The notes under the pieces: generated by a model
The model's input: only the letters and a program-made list of their open reading frames with translations
Database searches by the model: none
What the model was told of the DNA's origin: nothing
Part shown: positions 27,408 through 36,746 of the stretch, one piece after another
Layout: each line of letters begins with the position of its first letter
Position numbering within the stretch: the first letter of the stretch is position 1
Made by a program: the position numbers and the translations under genes
IMG/VR virus record: IMGVR_UViG_3300025679_000005
Length of the DNA: 64,000 nt
Reading direction: 5' to 3' (one strand)
From: a virus
Lineage: Duplodnaviria; Caudoviricetes

Positions 27408-27638
27408 ATGAAACTCACCAAATCGTATCTCGGAAACGACCTGACCATCGATTTCACTGCGCTCGCCGTGGCAAACATCGAGGAGACCGGAATCGATTGG
27501 ACCGACGATTACCACGATGTGCGCACTGGGCAGATCACCGAGGAGGCTCTCCGCGAGAAATGCCTCGACGGCTGCGACCAGGACCGACACACCGGCTGGA
27601 TTGACTATTGCGAGGAAATCGTACGCGCTGCTCATTGA
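27408..27638 (+). CDS. Small acidic hypothetical protein
   Basis: ATG at 27408; protein-like composition. Confidence 0.5.
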   Translation: MKLTKSYLGNDLTIDFTALAVANIEETGIDWTDDYHDVRTGQITEEALREKCLDGCDQDRHTGWIDYCEEIVRAAH

Positions 27639-27651
27639 AACGAGAGAGTGG

Positions 27652-28428
27652 CTATTTGCCATCCGTCTTTTCCTTTTTCCCCCCAGAGGCAGGCCTCCCG
27701 TGGAAGGTCCTGCAATCGCACACAGGTTGCCAAGGTGTTCCAACCGTAGCACCGGCACCCCAGCATTTACGATTGCGGCCCCGCCCAATGTGCTCCTCCC
27801 GAATATGCCCGCACGTACACGTGTCTTGTGACGTTTGTAGCGTTGGATGTACGCGAGGGGGGAAATGCCGTTTGGGAGGGGGACCTGTGGTAGGTACCAC
27901 TCTCTGTAGTGAGGGTGAGGTAGGACGCTCGCCCCATGCTTGGATGTAGCGTATAGCCCCCTGTAGAATTGTTATGTCTTCTCGGGACTGAGCGAGGACA
28001 CGATTACAATGCCCATGCACGAATCCACGTACGCATTTCCCGCAAGCAAAGGCCCCTGGACAACAAGAACGGTCATGATCGACCTGTGCACCTAGGGAAC
28101 CCTTACCCCCTAGCAACATGGGTTGTTGGCAAACACCACACAAACCCTTCTGTGCCGCCCACAATGCTGCACAATCTACACCGAAGGCCGCTGTCTTCTG
28201 CTTTAGAAGAAACTGATCACGATCGGTCTCGCGGCGTGTCTTGTTGTAAGCAGCATGTTGCTCACGATTGATGTTGTATCGTTCGTGCAATCCAGCCAGG
28301 CGGACTAGATACTTGGGGTCGTCGGAGGCACACATACCACGTTGTGTACGACATTTATCGCAGAACCTGCCTCCACCACGGCGGTTATCCTCGGTTAGTC
28401 CAACGCGACAATCCTTGCAATGCTTCAC
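27652..28428 (-). CDS. Endonuclease VII-like (His-Me finger) putative homing endonuclease
   Basis: QKGLCGVC, VDHD, VRGFVHGHCN. Confidence 0.75.
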   Translation of the reverse strand: MKHCKDCRVGLTEDNRRGGGRFCDKCRTQRGMCASDDPKYLVRLAGLHERYNINREQHAAYNKTRRETDRDQFLLKQKTAAFGVDCAALWAAQKGLCGVCQQPMLLGGKGSLGAQVDHDRSCCPGAFACGKCVRGFVHGHCNRVLAQSREDITILQGAIRYIQAWGERPTSPSLQRVVPTTGPPPKRHFPPRVHPTLQTSQDTCTCGHIREEHIGRGRNRKCWGAGATVGTPWQPVCDCRTFHGRPASGGKKEKTDGK

Positions 28429-28694
28429 GGCTGTCTTCGCATCTTTCGAACGACTCGGAGCAAGATCAAGTAACCCAGCAAATCTTGCTCGACATCTTCC
28501 CCTGCCGCGCTGCCCCGCGACAACCGGGATAGCTTGTCATCCAGCCGAACACGAATCTGCTCTTCGGGGTCAGCTTTGCTGAAGATCCTGAGCGGGTCCG
28601 TAGCGCTGTCCCCGTATGCAGCATTCTTCGTGAGGAGCAATTTGCACAACGAATCACACTCAGCTTCGATGAGATCACGAACGTTATCAGCCAT
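28425..28694 (-). CDS. DUF1599/Nmad1-like nucleotide-modification-associated protein
   Basis: KNAAYGDS...VRLDDKLSRL. Confidence 0.65.
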   Translation of the reverse strand: MADNVRDLIEAECDSLCKLLLTKNAAYGDSATDPLRIFSKADPEEQIRVRLDDKLSRLSRGSAAGEDVEQDLLGYLILLRVVRKMRRQP

Positions 28695-28750
28695 AACTTA
28701 TGGTAATATCCGCTGTCTAGGTTGTCAAGTGCACGTGCCGGCACGTACTT

Positions 28751-29626
28751 TCATTTGGGTCGACTTTCTGTGGTTCTGAGGAGCATTTTGCCAAGCTGTC
28801 TGTGTGCCCGCCCTATGCGAGCGATTGTGTCTGGGTGGGTGTAGGTGATTACGAATCCGACGGGGCTTCCTAGACGCGCCCAACGGTCAGCGGCTAGTAC
28901 AAACTCATAGAGTTCTTGAAGGCCCGCCTTCCTCTGTACCAGACCCAAGTCTAAGACCTTGTCCAGGCCCTCCAGGGGAAGCACCAGGCGGTCAAGGAGG
29001 TTGTTCTGACTGGCTAGGGTCAGGAGCATGAACAGCACGTCTAAACGGGCGCTGGGCGTCGTCAGCTCGTTCGTGATCTTCAGCTGCATCAGCTGCTCAC
29101 GTTCTCTGATGAACAACATCCTGTGAGACACCCACTTGGACAACAGCTCCACCACCGGGGCGACGATATGACCTTCAGTCAGGAGGAAGCGTGCTTCCCA
29201 GACAGCTCGGAAGGCTTCCGTAAACAATGAGCCTTGGTCAATCAAAACCCGTAAGGCGTCGTTGGTCTCGATGTTGAAGTCGGTGAGGGTGAGTAGACTC
29301 CAGATGAGGTCCCACGGGTGGGAGATCAGAGAGCCCTTCATCTTCAGGCTGCTGAAACGCTGAGTAAGGTTCTCGACCAGTCCCGAGGCGAGCCACGTTT
29401 CAGCTCCGACAGAGGAGTATGCCGGGTCCTCAACGCGCTCATAGAGTTCGAGGCTCTTCCGGTCGGATTCCTCTAGGAGTAAAATCGGGGAAGTCCCTGC
29501 CTGGCCGACTTTGGACGCCCAGGCAGCTACCCACGGGGCTACCTCACGCTCGGAGGATTCCGGCGATTTGAGACTGGGACGCAATTCCGCCCAAAAAGCC
29601 TCCAAATCTGTCTCAGACATCTCCAT
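28751..29626 (-). CDS. Hypothetical protein
   Basis: 291-aa ORF. Confidence 0.6.
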   Translation of the reverse strand: MEMSETDLEAFWAELRPSLKSPESSEREVAPWVAAWASKVGQAGTSPILLLEESDRKSLELYERVEDPAYSSVGAETWLASGLVENLTQRFSSLKMKGSLISHPWDLIWSLLTLTDFNIETNDALRVLIDQGSLFTEAFRAVWEARFLLTEGHIVAPVVELLSKWVSHRMLFIREREQLMQLKITNELTTPSARLDVLFMLLTLASQNNLLDRLVLPLEGLDKVLDLGLVQRKAGLQELYEFVLAADRWARLGSPVGFVITYTHPDTIARIGRAHRQLGKMLLRTTESRPK

Positions 29627-29633
29627 CGGAATC

Positions 29634-30167
29634 CTACCGGATCTCTCCGATGGGGTCGCCTAAAAAGATGTCGAACTCAACATCTTTTTCCAAGTCAACA
29701 CACTTGAGACAAAAACGTCCAGCGATTTCAATAATCTCGTAGGTCACCTTACGGAGCCTTCGGGCCTTCTCAATGGCAATGACCGCGTGGATCCCAGAGG
29801 CGGGCCCACCTATGGCAGAATCACAGACACGTTCGATGAAGGTGTCTGGAAGAGCGACCAGGTACGCCCTCAAGTCCTTGGGGGATAGGTGTTGCCCTTC
29901 GAGGACTATCTCTATCAAGCCGGCCAGGTTCTGGTTCTCTAGGGCCTCCTTCCAGTGGCCTGTAAAACGTCGCACCATTTCCGTCACGATCTCTTGGAGA
30001 ACTTCGGGAGGCAGGGAGTGCTTGCGGAAGACCTGTTTTAGATCGAAGATGGTTTTCTCACAGGCAGCGTCCAGCATCGACTCCAGATCCGAGGAACGAG
30101 TGGAGGCAATACGAATCGCTGACTTCTTACGGACAGCGTCCCAGTCGATGAGGAGTTCGTCGGTCAT
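29634..30167 (-). CDS. Hypothetical protein (probable start MTDELL)
   Basis: ATGA-coupled to the upstream gene. Confidence 0.55.
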   Translation of the reverse strand: MTDELLIDWDAVRKKSAIRIASTRSSDLESMLDAACEKTIFDLKQVFRKHSLPPEVLQEIVTEMVRRFTGHWKEALENQNLAGLIEIVLEGQHLSPKDLRAYLVALPDTFIERVCDSAIGGPASGIHAVIAIEKARRLRKVTYEIIEIAGRFCLKCVDLEKDVEFDIFLGDPIGEIR

Positions 30168-30622
30168 AGCACCAGCAGACCACTTCGTAGCCAAGCAGGC
30201 GCCGGGCTGTTAACTACGAAGCCAAAGGCCACCCAACGAGGGGGCTCTTCCGCTAAGGTGTGTGCTCTGTGACCTACGTGCAGATTCTTAAAAGCCTCAG
30301 CGATGAGCTTGCCACCCTTTTTTCGAGTCTTAGGATCCAATCCTGCCCTTCGTTTGGAGATCACTTGGATCACTCGGTTCATGATTTCCACGGTGAAGCC
30401 TTCCAATGTCTTTGGAATTGCAAAAACGACCTCGTGGAAAATTCCAGGATCCGGCTCAAAAGCCGTGTGCAACCCCAGTACTAGAGTGCCTGTAAATAGC
30501 ATGGCATCTCGACTATCATTGGAATATCCGTGGTGGATCTCCGTGGATTCATAGAGTTTTGATTGCTCAGGGGTGGGGTCCGACCCTAAGAGGTCCTTGT
30601 GGAATTTAGCGATGGTCGACAT
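30164..30622 (-). CDS. Hypothetical protein
   Basis: 152-aa ORF; GGTGTA 12 nt upstream. Confidence 0.55.
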   Translation of the reverse strand: MSTIAKFHKDLLGSDPTPEQSKLYESTEIHHGYSNDSRDAMLFTGTLVLGLHTAFEPDPGIFHEVVFAIPKTLEGFTVEIMNRVIQVISKRRAGLDPKTRKKGGKLIAEAFKNLHVGHRAHTLAEEPPRWVAFGFVVNSPAPAWLRSGLLVL

Positions 30623-30628
30623 CCACTT

Positions 30629-30640
30629 GGTGTATACACC
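30629..30640. promoter_or_regulatory. Palindromic back-to-back GGTGTA elements (GGTGTATACACC) at a divergent junction
   Basis: Perfect 12-bp palindrome between divergent genes. Confidence 0.55.
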
Positions 30641-30718
30641 GAAGACAGAAGGCTTTTATGGCCCGCCTAGGATCCCAATCCCTAATTTTGGGGACGACCC
30701 TTAAAAAGGAAGTGACTG

Positions 30719-31441
30719 ATGGACGTGTTTGCCTGGATTCTCTCTTTCATCATGTTGGTGGCCCCTCCCGGACGGAAGGTCCACTACCAGGATGCTGTCG
30801 AAACCCAAGAAGAAAGCGTCGCTCGATACCAGTCGATTGCCCATGACGTTGTGGCCGTCGTATACGACCCAGCAACCAAGCCCCTCTTCAAAGGCCCCGA
30901 CGGGAGAGCCCGTACTGTGTCGGTGATCCTGAGCATCATGTTTCACGAGTCTAGCTTCATGAAGAATGTGGACTACGGCCTGGGCAAATACGCTAAGGGT
31001 GACGGTGGGCGCTCGGTGTGCATGATGCAGATCAAGGTCGGGGCTGGAAGGACTATGCCCTGGAACACAGTGTGGGATCGCCCCATCAAGTGGAACGACC
31101 GCGAGGAAGAGATCTTCCGAGGATACACCGGAGATGAGCTGATTCAAGACCGAAAGCTGTGCATTAGCGAAGGCCTGAAGATCCTTCGTCTATCGTTCGG
31201 CCAATGCGGCAAGCTCCCCATCGAGGATCGCCTACGGTCCTATGCCTCGGGTAACTGCGAGGAAGGGGCCGCTGCCAGTCACAACCGCATGAACACGGCC
31301 ATCAACTGGTTCTTCAAAAACTACAAGAAGGACTTGGCTGATGACAAGGTCATGTCAATGTTGAACCACTCCGGCTTCTTTGCACCGAAGGTTCTGGACT
31401 CGGACGAGAAGAAAGGGACCGACCTTCTGTCTCAGGAGTGA
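30719..31441 (+). CDS. Lysozyme-fold/lytic-transglycosylase-like protein with N-terminal signal
   Basis: Hydrophobic N-terminus; IMFHESSF...GRSVCMMQI resembles the SLT ES...GLMQ motifs. Confidence 0.55.
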   Translation: MDVFAWILSFIMLVAPPGRKVHYQDAVETQEESVARYQSIAHDVVAVVYDPATKPLFKGPDGRARTVSVILSIMFHESSFMKNVDYGLGKYAKGDGGRSVCMMQIKVGAGRTMPWNTVWDRPIKWNDREEEIFRGYTGDELIQDRKLCISEGLKILRLSFGQCGKLPIEDRLRSYASGNCEEGAAASHNRMNTAINWFFKNYKKDLADDKVMSMLNHSGFFAPKVLDSDEKKGTDLLSQE

Positions 31442-32544
31442 AGTTTTCTCCAAGCAGCGCTGAGGGCAGCTCTGGTCAAAGGACCAGGGTTGCCATCGGA
31501 TCCTAGCTTGTTGAGCCCTTGGAAGGTCATGAGGGCAGCCTTGGACTTGGGGCCAAAGTTTCCGTCGGCACCGGCTGGGCCCAGGTCGTAACCAAGAGCG
31601 ATAAGAAGCGCTTGGATGTCCTTCGGGTCTTCGAAGGTGGGCTCGCCAGCGAATACCGGGGCAATGACCGCGTGAGCGTCTTGCCAGTCCTGTAGTTCTT
31701 GGGCGAAGTCGGGGAGGTCTACCCCGTATAGCTTTTCCATCATCGGCCGGATCTTGTTGTAGCGACCCGGGTAAATGGTGATGTTAGGCCCGAAAGTCAG
31801 GGCCTTCAGGATGTGGACACACCAGTCTTCGCTCCACTTGGGGGCGTTGGTCGTAGTCACCGCCTGTTCGAGGTACTTGCTGGCAACGGCTGGGAGGTTG
31901 GCGGCGAAGCTCAAGAACCCTGCTCGGAGAGCGCCCACCCAGCCATCGGCAGCGGCCCCGTCGAATAGGATAGCCTTGGCTTTGGCTGTAGCGAACGTTT
32001 TGATTCGGTCTGCTGTGAAGTCTGTCTGGACGTTCATTGCCGCCGGCTGGGACAACGTGTTGGCAAAAGACGCCACCCAGAGCTTGATGTGATCCTTCGA
32101 GGCGTCATCCCAGGAGCCTTTGAGGCCGGTCGAGTTCAAGAGGAACAGCTTCTTCTGTTCGTCCGCAGAATCGACCTCATTGTCTCCGATGAAGAAACGG
32201 TAGTTACCTCGGCCGGTCGCCTTGAATGACGCCCCAGAGGCTTCCAGGGCCGGCTGAAGGGGTGCCAGCAGTGTCGGCTCTCTGGAGACGATTCCTGCCA
32301 ATAGGTTCGAGGTGAGGAACAGACCCCCTTCGCACCATTGAATGAGTCCGCAAGAAACAATGCAACGGTCGTAGGCGTTAACGGCGTCCATATGGGCCGA
32401 TTCTGTTTGCGTCGTCACCGCCAAAATCTTCTGGTTCTCTGTGGGATTGGCAGGGAGTTGGAATGGTGCGGTGCCCCAACAATACGGGCCTTCAAACGAT
32501 TGGTACGAACCCCAGCCTATGGTACTACTTGTTGCGGTCAGCAT
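31432..32544 (-). CDS. Putative endolysin with a C-terminal peptidoglycan-binding domain
   Basis: IQALLIALGYDLGPAGADGNFGPKSKAALMTFQ...DGNPGPLT; N-terminal TES...DAVNAYD...GLIQW. Confidence 0.8.
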   Translation of the reverse strand: MLTATSSTIGWGSYQSFEGPYCWGTAPFQLPANPTENQKILAVTTQTESAHMDAVNAYDRCIVSCGLIQWCEGGLFLTSNLLAGIVSREPTLLAPLQPALEASGASFKATGRGNYRFFIGDNEVDSADEQKKLFLLNSTGLKGSWDDASKDHIKLWVASFANTLSQPAAMNVQTDFTADRIKTFATAKAKAILFDGAAADGWVGALRAGFLSFAANLPAVASKYLEQAVTTTNAPKWSEDWCVHILKALTFGPNITIYPGRYNKIRPMMEKLYGVDLPDFAQELQDWQDAHAVIAPVFAGEPTFEDPKDIQALLIALGYDLGPAGADGNFGPKSKAALMTFQGLNKLGSDGNPGPLTRAALSAAWRKLHS

Positions 32545-32567
32545 ACCCTGCCGCGTTTATGGGTAGA

Positions 32568-32873
32568 TTAGGCTTTCCGCTTACGCTGCTGGTGTTCGAC
32601 CATGAGGCAGCCGCAGGATTTCACCTGCCCCGTCAGCAAGGCGTTGCTGGTCACGGGTTTTGTGTTTCCGCAGATACACTTACATTGCCACAGAGCCCGG
32701 CGGTTCTTGTCAGTGCCTAAGTACTCGCCTACGGTGAGTCGGGTAAATACTCGACCTTCCATGGGTATGCGTTTACCCTTAGGGCTACGTATGCGGCGTA
32801 GTGAGTCCCAGTCGGCGTCAAAATTGAGTAGGCTGTTCACTAGCGGCACCATTACTATATAGGTTTTGTACAA
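32568..32873 (-). pseudogene. N-terminal fragment of an AP2/HNH-type homing endonuclease
   Basis: GRVFTRLTV...WQCKCICGN...KSCGC with no nuclease domain following. Confidence 0.55.
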
Positions 32874-33199
32874 CTACAGCTGAATCTAGCCATGCAAGCC
32901 GCAAGAGGTGGGTTATTGCAGACCCACTCAGGCTGTTCACATAGTAACTTTCATACTTGAGTAGGATAGCACGTTTGATGGCGTTTCTGCGCAGGAAAGT
33001 GATGTTCAGGCTAGGGTGTTCACATGAGCGACCAGTATATAATTTATACGTAATATCCTATGAGCCAGTTTCCGGCGTAAATCATGCTGGATAGTAGTTT
33101 ATAGGTTGGTATAACTCATAGGTTCCAGGCCGTGATCTGGCGTCGAAAACGGGCTGTTCACACGCACTTAACCGTTATTCAGTCTGTGAACTGATAACG

Positions 33200-34867
33200 T
33201 TACTCTGCTTCCCAGCCCGTCGAATCGACTTGACTGTCCTGAATCGGAATGATTTGGTCGGAGATGTACCCGCGTTCGGCAAGAACGGTCATGAGCTTCC
33301 TCACGCCAGCCATAACGCCAGGAGTAGGGGGGAGTGCGGTCCGGGGGTGGGGCATAAGGCTAGCGAGGTAGAAGGCTTCGTCAGGCTCAAGGGCCGCCGC
33401 TGGCTTATGGAAGTAGTGTTGGGCGGCGGGACCTATGCCATAGAGGTTTGGTCCGAACTCGACTGCATTGAGATACAGCTCCAAGATCTCCGCCTTGGTG
33501 AGGCAGGACTCAAGAGCGATCGTCAGTAGGGCCTCTTCAGCTTTGCGTCCTAGGGTCTTGGAACGTTGAAGCCAGATGTTCTTGGCGAGCTGCATGGAGA
33601 TGGTGCTTCCGCCTCGGAAGAATCGTCCTAGCTTGAGGTCTGCCTTGAGGGAATTTTCCAGCGCCTGGGGAATGATCCCGTTGTGGCTCTCGAAGCCCGG
33701 GTCCTCCAAGGTGACGAACGCCTTGGGGATGGTCGGGGGCAAAGACGAGATGGGGATCCAATCTTTGTTGAACTGGCCCAGGATTCGAGGGAATAGCGTA
33801 TTGTCCATTCGATAGGCCATGTATTCGAAATGGCCTCCATTCAAGGAAGCGATCAGCTCTGACCCGCACTCGAATTTACAGCTGTTTTTGATGCTAAGGG
33901 AGGGGACGGGTACTGTTCGGACTTCGAACGACAACCGTCCGTGGAAGTATCCAGCGGCGGACTTTAGGGCATCGGGAATTGGCTTGGGCAGGGCTTGGAC
34001 CCACGTGTTGCACTCTTCGTCTCCTTCAATGTGGTAGGTCGACGGATCGATTCGGACAGTGGCCGGTCCGATGGTAGCTAGAATGGTCCCTGCCTTAGTC
34101 TTGAACACGGACCTGGGGATTACCAAACCTACAGTCGGGAAGGTCACTAGATCCAAAGATATCCAAGGATGGTCGACTGAAGTGGCTGCCAAGTCCACCA
34201 GCACGTCTTCATCTGTGAGCTTGACGGTTGATCGGCCTTTGACACTGACGAACGTGCCCAGCTTAGCCTCTTCGAATGTTAGGATCTTGGCCTCAGGATC
34301 TGCTCCCAGACCTCTGAGGGCGATCTCTTGCGTGGCATCCAGCTTGGGGATGTTGAAGGGTAGGGGGACAACGACGGAGACACTATCAACTGTGACCCTC
34401 TTCGTGAGGCGATCGAGGCGGAAGCCGTCGAGGTCGACCGGCGTCCCGTGAACATAGACCGTACCCATGAGGAAGGAGACCTCTTTGGAGTCGAAGCTCA
34501 GGCTAGGCGTTTCGACTACGATGTCCCCTTTGCGAACCACGGCCCTGAGGTGTTCTCCGGAGATGTCAGAGGCCTCGGATCCCTTCTCATGAACGGTGTT
34601 CTCGTTGAGGATGACCGCGAGGCTGCCCCCATCCACGTGGACCCTCTTCGAGAGGTCGACGGTGACAGTGTTCAGCGTGCCACTGATGCCGGGGCGGTCC
34701 ACGGACACATCCGTGAGCGTGATCGCGTGCAGACCTACGCGGACAGAGCCTCGTACGATAACGCCAGGATAGTGACTAGCAATGTAAGCTCGAACTAGGG
34801 GTGCTTTGATAGTGACCAGGCCTACAATCATCAGCAGGGCGATGAGCGCCCATCCTAACTTCTTCAT
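33200..34867 (-). CDS. Peptidoglycan glycosyltransferase (GT51, monofunctional type) with N-terminal membrane anchor
   Basis: EDPGFESHNG, GGSTISMQLAKN, RKAEE, ILELYLNAVEFG, AAQHYF; no transpeptidase domain. Confidence 0.88.
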   Translation of the reverse strand: MKKLGWALIALLMIVGLVTIKAPLVRAYIASHYPGVIVRGSVRVGLHAITLTDVSVDRPGISGTLNTVTVDLSKRVHVDGGSLAVILNENTVHEKGSEASDISGEHLRAVVRKGDIVVETPSLSFDSKEVSFLMGTVYVHGTPVDLDGFRLDRLTKRVTVDSVSVVVPLPFNIPKLDATQEIALRGLGADPEAKILTFEEAKLGTFVSVKGRSTVKLTDEDVLVDLAATSVDHPWISLDLVTFPTVGLVIPRSVFKTKAGTILATIGPATVRIDPSTYHIEGDEECNTWVQALPKPIPDALKSAAGYFHGRLSFEVRTVPVPSLSIKNSCKFECGSELIASLNGGHFEYMAYRMDNTLFPRILGQFNKDWIPISSLPPTIPKAFVTLEDPGFESHNGIIPQALENSLKADLKLGRFFRGGSTISMQLAKNIWLQRSKTLGRKAEEALLTIALESCLTKAEILELYLNAVEFGPNLYGIGPAAQHYFHKPAAALEPDEAFYLASLMPHPRTALPPTPGVMAGVRKLMTVLAERGYISDQIIPIQDSQVDSTGWEAE

Positions 34868-34876
34868 GACGACACC

Positions 34877-35230
34877 TTACACCACGAGGTCGTCATCCCT
34901 CAAGCGCTCAAGACGACCCTTTATAATCGGTCTAGGGGCCGGAGCCTCTTCTTCATACAGACGGAACATAGGGTCTGGTGGTAAGTCGTCCTTCAAAAAC
35001 ACTGCAAAGTTCAGAAGGAACGTAATCACCGAGATCATGCCCGCCCAAAAATCGGGGGCTATATGAAGAAGAGTCCTGTCCAAAAATATAGTTAGGATCA
35101 CAGCGAAGGCCAGCCAGGCCAAGCAAGCGATCTGTTGCTTCAGCTTGTTCGTGACCCACAGGGAAACCCCAATTGAGACTGCGAGCCCTACAGAGATCAC
35201 TATCCAGACAGTGTGAGTAATCCCAGGCAC
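34877..35230 (-). CDS. Membrane protein (probable GTG start near 35230)
   Basis: Three hydrophobic segments; GGTGTA 9 nt upstream of the GTG. Confidence 0.55.
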   Translation of the reverse strand: MPGITHTVWIVISVGLAVSIGVSLWVTNKLKQQIACLAWLAFAVILTIFLDRTLLHIAPDFWAGMISVITFLLNFAVFLKDDLPPDPMFRLYEEEAPAPRPIIKGRLERLRDDDLVV

Positions 35231-35239
35231 GCAAAGTAC

Positions 35240-35255
35240 TACACCATTCGGTGTA
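35240..35255. promoter_or_regulatory. Divergent pair of GGTGTA elements (TACACC-ATTC-GGTGTA)
   Basis: Each copy lies 9-10 nt from a start codon on its own strand. Confidence 0.6.
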
Positions 35256-35265
35256 AAAGGAAACG

Positions 35266-35577
35266 ATGCCGCCTCGAAACCCATTGCGTATACCAACGAA
35301 GATACAGACATTTGGAGAAGCTTTGCGCTGGGCCAGGCATGAGCGGGGCCTGACTCAGAAGGAGGTCGCTGAAAAGGCGGGGATGATCGCTACCTTCTAC
35401 TGCGCCGTCGAGTGTGGTAAACGCCAGACCGACCAATTGAAGACCCTTGCCAGAGTTCTGGGCGTTCGTATAGCCGATCTCGAAGAGCGAGCTGGGGTCA
35501 CCAAAGATCTCATCAAGTGGCTCAAGACGAAACCGGCCGTGGTCAAAGCATTGTGGCGCACTAGGAGGCAAGGCTGA
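35266..35577 (+). CDS. XRE-family helix-turn-helix regulator
   Basis: FGEALRWARHERGLTQKEVAEKAG...VECGKR. Confidence 0.85.
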   Translation: MPPRNPLRIPTKIQTFGEALRWARHERGLTQKEVAEKAGMIATFYCAVECGKRQTDQLKTLARVLGVRIADLEERAGVTKDLIKWLKTKPAVVKALWRTRRQG

Positions 35578-35978
35578 TGTCGGCATTATCCGGAAAGGCG
35601 ATGCTGGAAAAGCTCCTGAAGGTCGGAACGCTGACGGCCAAGGACAGAGAGACCTTCGAGGGCATGTGGGACGCTGTTCATCGTTACGGGGGGCTATCTA
35701 AAAAGCAAGTGGCTTGGGTCGAGGACGCATTTTACAAGCAGAAGTTTGAAGAGCCTGGACACACTCCGCAAAAGCGCTCGAAGAAGATCGGGTTCGTCAT
35801 TGACCCTAAGGTCACAACCGTCAAGCGGGCCATCAACATCGACCACTTTCAGCTTACCTTCAAGGAATATCCCAAGGGAACTCCCGTTTACAAGGTAGCG
35901 GAGAAATTCTTCAGGGCTGGGGGAGAGATCTTTGAGATACGCCCATCCAATGCTCCCCCAGCATCCTCCAAAGCCTAG
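35577..35978 (+). CDS. Hypothetical protein
   Basis: TGATG overlap with the HTH gene. Confidence 0.55.
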   Translation: MSALSGKAMLEKLLKVGTLTAKDRETFEGMWDAVHRYGGLSKKQVAWVEDAFYKQKFEEPGHTPQKRSKKIGFVIDPKVTTVKRAINIDHFQLTFKEYPKGTPVYKVAEKFFRAGGEIFEIRPSNAPPASSKA

Positions 35979-36687
35979 GAGCGGTGTGGTGGGCGATGTA
36001 CACGTGGTCTGGCCGGTCATCGCCTGAGTACTCTAGGCGGTAGAGGTTGCCAACGTTCTCCCAGTGCGCGAGGCTGTCCTTCGTCCAGATCTTGGTCTGA
36101 GCAGGCATGATGATAGTTCCGTTGGCGTCCCTTATGGCCTGCACGGTGACCTTAACTCCATCCGCTGGGATTACGGGGTTAAGGAGGTACTCTGGAAGCT
36201 GCTTGTACAGCATGCCTTCACCCGACGCCTCCCTGAAGATGTAACTGTTGGTCTCCTTTGCGGATATGTAGGGCGGCTTGATCTGGGTGTGAGCCATCAC
36301 CATCCAGGCGTCTCCTGAGGCCGCCCGCTTGGCGAACTGAACCCAAGGATCTAGTTCTTTAGTGTGGAGCCCGTCCTCCAGGATGTAGGCATCAACCCTT
36401 GATTCCTCCTGAAGTAGAATCTGGTTGGCTAGCTGCCAACCACCACTGAGAGTCACTAGGCCCCTCCGGCGGATTTCGACATCTTTGAATTTAGGGGCCA
36501 GCTCCTGAAGAGCTGCTCGGAAGGCATCTCCTGAGGAGGCCCATTGGCGTCCTTTGCGGAAAAAGTTGCCATCAGACCCCGGGACTACCAGGACAATCGG
36601 CTCTTCCATGAAAAATTGCTTCGCCCAGGTCGCACAAGGCGCCTGAGAGGAGCTGGCGTAAGCCGTGATGATGACATCTCTTTTCAT
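35911..36687 (-). CDS. Hypothetical protein, possibly hydrolase-like
   Basis: 258-aa ORF; no firm motif. Confidence 0.55.
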   Translation of the reverse strand: MKRDVIITAYASSSQAPCATWAKQFFMEEPIVLVVPGSDGNFFRKGRQWASSGDAFRAALQELAPKFKDVEIRRRGLVTLSGGWQLANQILLQEESRVDAYILEDGLHTKELDPWVQFAKRAASGDAWMVMAHTQIKPPYISAKETNSYIFREASGEGMLYKQLPEYLLNPVIPADGVKVTVQAIRDANGTIIMPAQTKIWTKDSLAHWENVGNLYRLEYSGDDRPDHVYIAHHTAPRLWRMLGEHWMGVSQRSLPQP

Positions 36688-36746
36688 GGAACTACCCAAG
36701 GTGTCCCTATGCCTAATCTACTAAATGAAACCCTATTTCGAACCAG

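Noticed and set aside
28751-29626. BREX-type ATPase similarity
   Set aside because: No Walker A motif and no other BREX genes in the window
32990-33010. LexA/SOS box around GTTCAG
   Set aside because: Only the GTTC half matches; spacing and the second half do not fit the consensus sequences I know
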